Positions 14,462 through 22,371 of a stretch of DNA of 31,148 bases are shown here, in pieces (positions within the stretch are counted from its first letter, which is position 1; each line of letters opens with the position of its first letter). The position numbers and the translations under genes were made by a program. Source of the DNA: Candidatus Kaiserbacteria bacterium RIFCSPLOWO2_01_FULL_54_13 (GTDB lineage: Bacteria > Patescibacteriota > Minisyncoccia > Phycocordibacterales > UBA2100); contig MFLZ01000015.1 of NCBI GenBank assembly GCA_001781685.1, positions 41,042-72,189 on the forward strand, in the 5' to 3' direction. The notes under the pieces were generated by a model that was not told the DNA's origin, did no database searches, and worked only from the letters and a program-made list of their open reading frames with translations.

Positions 14462-16828
14462 TTAGTATCCTTTGTTCTTGATGAGCATTTCCAAGAGCTC
14501 TCGCGGATAGATCGGCTTATTCTCTGCGAGTGCCTGGTGGTAGAGCACCGTCGAGGGTGTGAGGCCCGGAAGAGTATTGACTTCGATCACGAGGAGCTCG
14601 CCAGTGCGGATATGCGCAAAGGCGTCAACGCGCGAGTATCCCGTAATCCCGAGCTCCCGCGCGAGTTTCTCTGTTCGCTCGCGGATTTTTTGAACGACCA
14701 GCGGCTTCATCACAGAGGGCGGCGGCGGCGTGAGGTTGACGCCCGTTCCACCTTGGAATTTCTCCTCGACGGAGAGCACCTCGCCTTCGGCAATCGTTAT
14801 TGAAGGATTCAAGGCGTGGATACGGCCCTCTTTTTCGACGACGCCGACCGTAATCTCGACGAAGCCGCTTTTCTTTGTGTGCTTGAGCGAATTATTGCGC
14901 ACGCGCAAGACGTCTGTTTCCACGAATCGCTCGAATATCAAATACTCGGGCGTTTCAGGCGGCATCTCGATGATGTTCGTTTGACTCCTAAAGGTGCCGA
15001 GTGATGCATGCGCCACTTTGCGCCTTAGGACATCGAGGTAGGAGCGCAAGTCAGTCGCAGTATAGAGATGCACAACGCCCGTTGAACATCCGTCGCTGCG
15101 AGGTTTTACCACGAGAGAGCGGGCCGAAAGCGTCTTTTTTATACCGCTCCAGAATCTATTGACGGCACTTTCGTTCATAGCAAGGAGCGCCTTCGTCCCA
15201 GCGATGGTGCCCACTGTGGCTCCAACGCCTTCAATGTTCGCTCTTCGAATGTGTTCCGCTGTCGCCCACTTGTCCATGCAGAGTTTCGACGTGCGGGCCC
15301 CCGGCCCGTTGAAGGGAATCTTGTGTTTCGCCAAGCGCATTTGAAGCGTTCCGTCTTCTCCTTCGCCACCGTGGAGCGCGTTGAAAAGGAAGCGGCTTTC
15401 GCCCGTGAGTTCGTCGAGAGTCATCCGAATAGGGTCGAAGAACTCTCGTGCATTCTTTTTGGCCGAGAAGCCGAGGTGCAGACGCGCTCGCTCCTCGTAC
15501 ATTTCCAAGCGCTTTTTCGCGCTCTCGTAGTTCCTGCAATTCTCGGCGATCTCTTCGACCGTGTGGTTAAGCGTCAGATGATAGGGGAGTCTCCAGACGG
15601 TCTTCCCGTCGGTCTCCAAGAGGTATGGATTCGGTTCGTAGAGCTGCGATCTGCGGAGTTTCAGCCACACGTTGGTGCCGCTCATCAAAGAAACCTGCCG
15701 CTCGGAAGTGGGGCCGCCGAAGAGTATGCGCACCGGCTTTCTCACATGGCGGACGAACGATTCCTCGGGCAAGGTGATTCCATATCTTCGCGCGGCGCTC
15801 TCGAGAATGAAGTGCAGGACCCCGCGGTGGCTCATGCCCACGCGCGAGCCCTGCTGGAAGAGAAAACTGTTCTGCTCCATACCGGAGACGATGTTGAAGT
15901 CACAAAACCAGATCTCGCCCCCCGGAAGTATCCAGCCGTCGAAGCGCGCGAAATCGCGCATCCCGAAAAGCGCAAAGAGTTGCTCAGCCTGCGCCTGAAT
16001 GCGCTCGATCGCGAAGTCGTCGAAACGTGGCGGGCTGTGATACGTGACATGACGGGTAGGGAGGTACTTTTTCCTGAAATCGAATATCTGATGCTCTGAG
16101 TAATCGATTTCCATCTCCGTCGGGGGAAGTGCCACTGGAAGTCCGAATCTGTTTTGCAGAATGATGACAGTGAATTCTTTTCCCTCGGCAAATTGTTCAA
16201 CCACTACTCGCGTGTCGGCCCGCTTGGAAAAGAGATACCGTACTCTCTCGAGAGCTTGCTCGGGGGTTGAGACGGAGAATACGCCGATCGAAGAGCCGCC
16301 ACTTGCGGGCTTCACTACGGCGCGCTTGATTGCATGCTCTTTGAAAAAGTCTCGAATGATCTTGGGATGGTCCTTTCCGTAGATTTTTAAAAGTGCGGAT
16401 GGAAGCGTAAAGAAGCCGTTTTGTTTGATAAACTCGTTCCCCGCGTATTTGTCGAATGCCTGCTTGCAACTTCGTGAGCTGGAACCCACGAACGGTATCT
16501 GATGCTTTTCGAGGAACTGCTGGATGCCGCCGTCCTCACCGTAGGCTCCGTGCATCGTGGGAAATACGATGCCTGTTTCCCTGAGAGCGCGGACAAATTG
16601 TTTGGTAGTGAGTGGATGTGCAGCGTGCTTCAGTTTGAAGTCGAAGTCGGATGGCGTGTTGCTGTAGAGCTGAGCGGGGGAAATACTGTAGGCGTTTCTT
16701 TTTTGATCAAGGTAAAAAGGCACAATCTCCATCGAATCTGATGAAAGGTGGTCCAAGACGGAACGCGCGGAATTGAGCGAGATCCCCCTCTCAGGGGAAG
16801 GACCGCCGCAGATAAGTCCGATTTTCAC
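14462..16828 (-). CDS. ddl: Tandem two-module D-alanine--D-alanine ligase (ATP-grasp), 788 aa
   Basis: GTG start. Module 1: CGGPSPERGISLNS, HGAYGEDG, VKPASGGSSIG, FRKKY, ARFD. Module 2: FGGPTSERQVSLMSG, HGGEGEDG, VKPRSDGCSTG, EEKF, SRVD, EVNTLPG. Confidence 0.9.
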   Translation of the reverse strand: MKIGLICGGPSPERGISLNSARSVLDHLSSDSMEIVPFYLDQKRNAYSISPAQLYSNTPSDFDFKLKHAAHPLTTKQFVRALRETGIVFPTMHGAYGEDGGIQQFLEKHQIPFVGSSSRSCKQAFDKYAGNEFIKQNGFFTLPSALLKIYGKDHPKIIRDFFKEHAIKRAVVKPASGGSSIGVFSVSTPEQALERVRYLFSKRADTRVVVEQFAEGKEFTVIILQNRFGLPVALPPTEMEIDYSEHQIFDFRKKYLPTRHVTYHSPPRFDDFAIERIQAQAEQLFALFGMRDFARFDGWILPGGEIWFCDFNIVSGMEQNSFLFQQGSRVGMSHRGVLHFILESAARRYGITLPEESFVRHVRKPVRILFGGPTSERQVSLMSGTNVWLKLRRSQLYEPNPYLLETDGKTVWRLPYHLTLNHTVEEIAENCRNYESAKKRLEMYEERARLHLGFSAKKNAREFFDPIRMTLDELTGESRFLFNALHGGEGEDGTLQMRLAKHKIPFNGPGARTSKLCMDKWATAEHIRRANIEGVGATVGTIAGTKALLAMNESAVNRFWSGIKKTLSARSLVVKPRSDGCSTGVVHLYTATDLRSYLDVLRRKVAHASLGTFRSQTNIIEMPPETPEYLIFERFVETDVLRVRNNSLKHTKKSGFVEITVGVVEKEGRIHALNPSITIAEGEVLSVEEKFQGGTGVNLTPPPPSVMKPLVVQKIRERTEKLARELGITGYSRVDAFAHIRTGELLVIEVNTLPGLTPSTVLYHQALAENKPIYPRELLEMLIKNKGY

Positions 16829-16949
16829 AGTTCTAAGTGATTTTTATAATGTATTTAAGCCAAGAAACGGAGGTTACTCCTCCAAATGATACAGAATCGT
16901 CAAGTTTTTTGCAAGAAATATCCACTGCTGTTCTTACGCGCGGACAGTC

Positions 16950-16958
16950 TGGTAGGAT
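16950..16958 (+). promoter_or_regulatory. Extended -10 box, leaderless geometry
   Basis: TGG-TAGGAT, 7 nt, ATG at 16966. Confidence 0.55.
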
Positions 16959-16965
16959 GAAGCCA

Positions 16966-17661
16966 ATGAGAGAGAAGAAGCAGAAAGTAGCGGTATTTGA
17001 CGTGGATGGCACCATCTTTCGCTCGAGTCTTTTGATACAGCTTGTAAATAGATTGATAGAAGACGGCGCGTTCCCAAAGGAGGCGCGCAGAGTATATGAG
17101 AGGGAATACGAGAAGTGGCTCAACCGCGAGGGCGGCTATCAGGAGTACATTCAGGCAGTGATTCAAGCATTCAATAAATATCTCAAGGGCGTACATTACG
17201 GCGCGTTTGCGGATGCCGCAGAAGAAGTTGTAGAGGAGCAGTGGAAGCGCGTATACCGCTACACGCGCGACTTGATACGCGAGCTCAAAGAGTGTGACTA
17301 CTATCTTCTCGCGGTCTCGCACTCGCCGAAAACCGTGCTCGACAAGTTCTGCCCGCGCATGGGCTTCGACAAAGCGTACGGCATCGTCTACGAGATAGGA
17401 CCTCAGGAGTGTTTTACTGGGAGTGTAGTAGACGAGCATCTTATTCTCAACAAGGCGGCGATTCTAAAACGCGCAGTTGAGAAAGAAGGCCTCACACTCG
17501 CACATTCGGTAGGCATCGGCGACACTGAATCCGACATCCCGTTTCTCGAGCTCGTCGCGAAACCGATCTGCTTCAATCCCAATTCGCATTTGTATAGGTA
17601 TGCAAAAAGGATGAAATGGAAAGTCGTCGTTGAACGCAAGGACGTGGTGTATGAGCTTTAG
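16966..17661 (+). CDS. HAD-superfamily phosphatase (subfamily IB, SerB/PSP-like)
   Basis: VFDVDGT (motif I), VSHS (II), K (III), IGDTESD (IV), KPICFNPN. Start set at ATG 16966. Confidence 0.88.
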   Translation: MREKKQKVAVFDVDGTIFRSSLLIQLVNRLIEDGAFPKEARRVYEREYEKWLNREGGYQEYIQAVIQAFNKYLKGVHYGAFADAAEEVVEEQWKRVYRYTRDLIRELKECDYYLLAVSHSPKTVLDKFCPRMGFDKAYGIVYEIGPQECFTGSVVDEHLILNKAAILKRAVEKEGLTLAHSVGIGDTESDIPFLELVAKPICFNPNSHLYRYAKRMKWKVVVERKDVVYEL

Positions 17662-17845
17662 CGTCGCGCCCCACACTCGTCATATGAAAGTCGAAGGCTC
17701 GTCTCATGCGAGCATAGTGATTTCTTTGTCAGCCAAAAAGGGAAGTGCCAGGTCGCCTAAGATATATTGCAGTTTGATACGCGGCCGCGTGTGATAGTGA
17801 AATAGACACAAAAGACAAGGCGGCAAAAGAACGCGCCGCGAGAGG

Positions 17846-19723
17846 TCAAACACTGACAATAACGGGAATCACGATAGGACGCTTCAGGGTGCGCTGGAGG
17901 AGGAAGCGGGAGACGGAGTCGGCGAGGTCTTCGCGCGCGGCGTCGAGGTCGGCCGAGCGAGGGTTCTTGAGCGATTGCTCAACGCTCTTTCTGATGATGA
18001 GTCTCGTCTGGTCCATCAGTTCTTTGTTGTCGCGCAAATACACGAATCCGCGCGAGATGATGTCGGGCGATTTGTGCAAGCGGCCCGTGCGACGATCTAC
18101 CGTGGCGACGACAACACAGAACCCTTCTTGCCCGAGCGCTTTTCTATCGCGCATAAGCACATCCGAGAGTTCCGTCACGGTGTTGCCCTCGACGACGCGG
18201 AGCTCGGCGGGAGCTTTTATCGGCAACTTCACGATCTTTTCTCCGTTTTGGATTTCGATAATCGAACCGTTGTCGGGAATCGCGATGTTCTTAGGATGCA
18301 CGCCCTGCTCTACGGCAAGGTCTGCGTGTACGCGAAGCATGTAGTGATAGCCGTGGATGGGCACGAAAAACTTCGGCTTGACCTGCCGATGGATCCACGC
18401 GGCCTCTTCGCGGTTGCCGTGGCCAGAGGCATGCACGTCGCTCGCGTGGTACGTGATGATGTGCGCACCCTGGCGAGAAAGGTTATCTTTCAGTTTCTGC
18501 ACCGCGCGCTCGTTCCCCGGAATTACGGAAGATGAGAGCACGACGGTGTCGGTGGGTGTGAGCCGGATGAATTTGTGTGTCTTGTCGCCGATGCGCGCGA
18601 GCGAGGCGAACTCGTCGCCCTGCGCACCTGTTGCGAGAATAATCAATTTGTCCGGAGGATACTGCGCCATGTTTTCCACGGCAATCACCGTTTCGTCTTT
18701 GTACTTGATGAGTCCGAGCTCGCGCGCGATCTCGATGTTGGTGCGCATGCTTCTTCCGTCGATGACGACTTTCTTGCCGTATTGCTCGGCGAAGCTCATG
18801 ACGCGGATCAGGCGCTCCAGGTGTGAGGCGAACATCGCGACGATGAGGCGGCCCTTGGAGTTCTTGATGATCCCGTCGAGCGTGCGATAGACGGTCGACT
18901 CCGGAATCGAGAAGCCCGGCTGCCAGACGTTCGTGGAGTCCATGAGGAGGAGAAGCGTGTTGCGCTTTTTGAAGATTGAGAATTCCTGGTGTTCTTCTTC
19001 GGTCGGCTCGCCGCTCTCGTGGTCAAGCTTGATGTCGCCGGTAAAGACGACGTCTCCCCACGGAGTTTCGATGATGATGCCCATAGAGTCCGGCACGGTG
19101 TGCGTCACGGAGAAGAAGCGGACCGTAGCAGCCCCGAGGCGCACCGACTCGTCGCTTTCGACTTCGCGGATCTGGAGCTCCGGCACATGCGTGAATTCTT
19201 CCTGGCGTTTTCGAATCATCTTTCCGGTGAGTTTGCGCGTATAGATCACGGGGTTCCCAATGCGATCGATGATGTAGGGAATGCCTCCGATATGGTCGAG
19301 GTGTCCGTGTGATACGAGGAGCCCGCGGATTTTTCCCCGTCGCTCTTCTAGGTAGCTAGTATTCGGCAGGATGTAGTCTATGCCCGGTGTCTCTTCCTCG
19401 CGAAATTGGAAGCCGCAGTCAAGAATGAAGATGTCTCCGCCGAATTCAATCGCCGTCATGTTGCGCCCGATTTCTTCGACGCCCCCGAGGGGAATAATTC
19501 TGATCGAATTTGGCGCGGGTTCGGGTATGGGCGGAGCGCTCATGCGCGCTCCTCGTGGATGGTGCTCAACGCGCGTTTTACTCGGCCGGCGCGGGTGCGG
19601 AGGTCTTCCGCCAAAACGCCGACCTCCGCGGGATGGTCCGCGATGCGGCGCTTCGCGATGTCGCGCGGGGTGTGAGGGAGCGGGCTGCACTGAATTTAGG
19701 AGAGGTGAAGGGTCTGCACTCAT
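17846..19723 (-). CDS. rnj: Ribonuclease J with Arg/Pro/Gly-rich N-terminal extension
   Basis: IIPLGGVEEIGRNM, SHGHLDHIGG, FTGDIKLD, ATGAQGD, VIPGNE, HASGHG, PIHG. Confidence 0.95.
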   Translation of the reverse strand: MSADPSPLLNSVQPAPSHPARHREAPHRGPSRGGRRFGGRPPHPRRPSKTRVEHHPRGARMSAPPIPEPAPNSIRIIPLGGVEEIGRNMTAIEFGGDIFILDCGFQFREEETPGIDYILPNTSYLEERRGKIRGLLVSHGHLDHIGGIPYIIDRIGNPVIYTRKLTGKMIRKRQEEFTHVPELQIREVESDESVRLGAATVRFFSVTHTVPDSMGIIIETPWGDVVFTGDIKLDHESGEPTEEEHQEFSIFKKRNTLLLLMDSTNVWQPGFSIPESTVYRTLDGIIKNSKGRLIVAMFASHLERLIRVMSFAEQYGKKVVIDGRSMRTNIEIARELGLIKYKDETVIAVENMAQYPPDKLIILATGAQGDEFASLARIGDKTHKFIRLTPTDTVVLSSSVIPGNERAVQKLKDNLSRQGAHIITYHASDVHASGHGNREEAAWIHRQVKPKFFVPIHGYHYMLRVHADLAVEQGVHPKNIAIPDNGSIIEIQNGEKIVKLPIKAPAELRVVEGNTVTELSDVLMRDRKALGQEGFCVVVATVDRRTGRLHKSPDIISRGFVYLRDNKELMDQTRLIIRKSVEQSLKNPRSADLDAAREDLADSVSRFLLQRTLKRPIVIPVIVSV

Positions 19724-19730
19724 ATAATGG

Positions 19731-21545
19731 TTACTCTTCGGTCTTATTAGTAAAGATATTCCACACTCGTTCGGTGTCGGTGTACCATTCGTACACGTTG
19801 AGATATCGCTCCGAAGGCTGTGTGAGGGCGCCGAGCTTTACTCCTCCGAGGCCTTCGGGCACCATGTAGATGAACTCGGGTGCGTAGAGAAATACGGCCG
19901 GCTGGTCTTTGGATACGAGCTCGGCGAATTGCCGGTAGAGTTTCTCTCTCTCGCGCCTGTTGGTGGTCGCACGTGCTTTCGCAAGCAGACTGTCGGCCTT
20001 TGTGTTGGTGTAGAGCGCGAGGTTTAGGCCGGGATCATTCCTCTGGCTCGAGTGCCAAAAGGCGAAGAGATCGAGTGTCCGGCCCACGACCTCTCCGAAC
20101 AGGACCGCGTCGTAATTTCGGGGTCTCAAGACGACAGAGTTAAGTTCCGAAAGCGGATAGACGTGCGTCTCGACTTTGATTCCGGCGGCCTGCCATGCAG
20201 TTGCCACTATCTGGGCGGTCTCTGAAAGCGTTGGCTCATCGGCTGTTGCGAGCGTGAGTTCTAGCGCCGTCTTCTTTTTCTTCCACACTTGTTCTTTTTC
20301 ATCAAATGACCAGCCGCCTCGGGAAAGTGCCGCCCGTGCTTTCTCTGCATTTCCATCTGGACTTGACGTTGCACTTTCCCGAGTTCCTTTTCTGAGTGGT
20401 GCGGGCTCTGAAGCCTGCACAGCACCCAAAACGCCCGGCGGTATGGGGCCATCGAGCACAGCACCATATCCCTTCAATATCTCACTCACGATATGTTCTT
20501 TTTCGATCGCAAGGTCGAGCGCGGAGCGCACAGCGCTGTCGGCGAGGGCGGGGTTTTTGTTCTGATTGAAGAATATCCCGAAAGTGCGCGGGAGGGGCGC
20601 CCGCACGATGTACGCGTCTTTGCGCGTAAGGTTTTCTACCTCGGCTGGCGGCATACCGGCGAGGCTATCAATCCGACCTGCATTAAAGGCGGACATGAGT
20701 GCTTCTTCGTTCGCGAAGAAGAGGAATGTGAATTTCTTGATGTACGGTTCTCCGAGTGCAAATCGCGAGAACGACGAAAGTTCGTAGCGCGTGACGGCGC
20801 CAGCCGCACTGGTATCTGGAGCCTTTGCGCGGTACGGGCCGCTCCCGACGGGGTGCGTGTTGAGAGGGTGGAAAGCAAATTCTTCGGTCGAGACGCTTTC
20901 CCACAGATGTTTGGGCAGAATGCCGAGTGTCGTGTTCTCAAGGAAGGGAGCATACGCATGCGGGAGCGTAAAGACGATCGTTTGCGCGTCGGGCGCTCCC
21001 GCCACGACTCCTTCCCAGTCTGCGCGCCGCGAGCTCTTCACGTCGGGGTTTTGCGCACGCTGGATCGTGAAAAGCACATCTTCGGAAGTAAGTGGGGCGC
21101 CGTCGTGGAACGTGAGATTACTCTTCAATGTGAAGGTATATGTGGTGCCGTCTTCTGATATTTCATACTGGCTCGCCAGATCTGGAATGAGGTCGCCTTC
21201 GGGAGTTGCTCGCATGAGGCCGGAGTAGACGAGCGCCGTAAGATCTTTGTCGGGCTGTGAGAGCGCGAGGAGGGGATTAATGAATCGCGCAGGACCGACG
21301 ACGCCCTCCGTGAGGGAGCCGCCGTGTGAGGGGATAGTGACAGAGACGAGCGCGTTGGCACTCCCCAGGAGCGCGAGTGCGCTTATCCCAAGTACCGCTG
21401 TGAGTACATAGAGAGTGAGACGCTCGCCGGGAGAAAATACTCCGAGCGTTTTCTCGAATAGTGAAAGGCGCGGCATCTTGCGATGCTTCGTCAGTTTCGT
21501 TTTCAAGTCTTCTTGTTGCGAGTAGGAGTCGTAGTCCGAAATCAT
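19731..21545 (-). CDS. Peptide/nickel ABC substrate-binding protein (family 5, OppA/DppA-like), TM-anchored
   Basis: GGSLTEGVVG..INPL, LVYSGL, PDLA..SEDGTTYTFTL..FHDGAPLTSEDVLFT, PVGSGPY, FWHSSQ..GLNLALY. Start uncertain. Confidence 0.88.
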   Translation of the reverse strand: MISDYDSYSQQEDLKTKLTKHRKMPRLSLFEKTLGVFSPGERLTLYVLTAVLGISALALLGSANALVSVTIPSHGGSLTEGVVGPARFINPLLALSQPDKDLTALVYSGLMRATPEGDLIPDLASQYEISEDGTTYTFTLKSNLTFHDGAPLTSEDVLFTIQRAQNPDVKSSRRADWEGVVAGAPDAQTIVFTLPHAYAPFLENTTLGILPKHLWESVSTEEFAFHPLNTHPVGSGPYRAKAPDTSAAGAVTRYELSSFSRFALGEPYIKKFTFLFFANEEALMSAFNAGRIDSLAGMPPAEVENLTRKDAYIVRAPLPRTFGIFFNQNKNPALADSAVRSALDLAIEKEHIVSEILKGYGAVLDGPIPPGVLGAVQASEPAPLRKGTRESATSSPDGNAEKARAALSRGGWSFDEKEQVWKKKKTALELTLATADEPTLSETAQIVATAWQAAGIKVETHVYPLSELNSVVLRPRNYDAVLFGEVVGRTLDLFAFWHSSQRNDPGLNLALYTNTKADSLLAKARATTNRREREKLYRQFAELVSKDQPAVFLYAPEFIYMVPEGLGGVKLGALTQPSERYLNVYEWYTDTERVWNIFTNKTEE

Positions 21546-21596
21546 GGCGCGACTTACGCGCTCTCGCCGATCCGCCTTAGCGACCCGGCGTATGCG

Positions 21597-21830
21597 TTAG
21601 CTAATAACTAAATTAATGAGTGCCGAAATGGCGAAGAGGATACCAAGTGTTATCGTAGCGTAGAAAAGCATTTTCTCCAAGCCGCGACGGGTGTGGAAAC
21701 CCGAGGAAAAGTTGTCAGCGCCAAATGCCCCGCCCAGAGATGCGCCCGTGCGCTGGAGCACGATCGCTCCAATGAGGAGAACGGAGAGCCCGATCTGCAC
21801 GTAGGGCAGCACTGTCTGGAGAAAAACCAT
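21597..21830 (-). CDS. secG: Preprotein translocase subunit SecG
   Basis: 77 aa, two TMs, VLQRTGASLGGAFG..TRRGLEK. Confidence 0.9.
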   Translation of the reverse strand: MVFLQTVLPYVQIGLSVLLIGAIVLQRTGASLGGAFGADNFSSGFHTRRGLEKMLFYATITLGILFAISALINLVIS

Positions 21831-21837
21831 TGTATCG

Positions 21838-21846
21838 AGAATAGCA
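21838..21846 (-). promoter_or_regulatory. Extended -10 box, leaderless geometry (secG)
   Basis: Minus strand TGC-TATTCT, 7 nt, ATG at 21830. Confidence 0.55.
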
Positions 21847-21875
21847 CGGGCACGTGCGGGAATCAATTACAGAGC

Positions 21876-21904
21876 ACGATATCATAGTAAGGTTTTGAAG
21901 TCAA
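21876..21904 (-). promoter_or_regulatory. Second, upstream sigma70 promoter for secG
   Basis: Minus strand TTGACT, 17 nt ending in TGA, TATCGT. Confidence 0.5.
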
Positions 21905-22000
21905 GTTGCTATGGGCCGCCTTATCTTCTATATTACGTACGCTTGGTACAGCTTTTGCGGTGCGCCCAACAAACTTTTATAAAGCAATAATCTATTCGAT

Positions 22001-22321
22001 ATGAAAAAAGAAGCAAAGAAAACAAAAATCAACATTCAGCCTGTGGGCGACCGGATATTGGTTAAGCCTGAGGAGGTGGAGGACAAAAAATCACCGGGAG
22101 GCATCATAATTCCTGACACAGCGCAGAAGGAGAAGCCCGAGCGCGGGAGGGTGATCGCAGTGGGGCCGGGAAAACGCGGCGACGACAACGAACTCATCCC
22201 TGTTTCGGTCAAAGTGGGTGACAGAGTGATGTTTTCGAAGTACGGATACGATGAAGTGAAAATAGACGACGATGAGTACTACATCGTCTCAGAATCAAAC
22301 GTCTTGGCCGTCCTTAAATGA
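22001..22321 (+). CDS. groS: Co-chaperonin GroES
   Basis: IQPVGDRILVK, GGIIIPDTAQKEKP..GRVIAVGPG, VKVGDRVMFSKYG. Confidence 0.97.
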   Translation: MKKEAKKTKINIQPVGDRILVKPEEVEDKKSPGGIIIPDTAQKEKPERGRVIAVGPGKRGDDNELIPVSVKVGDRVMFSKYGYDEVKIDDDEYYIVSESNVLAVLK

Positions 22322-22334
22322 GTTTGGTGGATTT

Positions 22335-22369
22335 ACTACGTACTACACACTACTAACTACAAACTATTC
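22335..22369. repeat. Tandem heptamer array (5 units) before groEL
   Basis: ACTACGT ACTACAC ACTACTA ACTACAA ACTATTC, ending 2 nt before ATG 22372. Confidence 0.75.
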
Positions 22370-22371
22370 CT

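Noticed and set aside
16829-16965. N-terminal extension of the HAD protein and the 96-aa minus ORF 16833-17123
   Set aside because: An extended -10 box fixes the HAD start at 16966; the region is better read as the divergent ddl/HAD promoter spacer.
17662-17845. Small ORF (36 aa from ATG 17683) or ncRNA in the HAD-rnj gap
   Set aside because: No motif or start signal; only a weak GCGGC/GCCGC hairpin that may terminate rnj.
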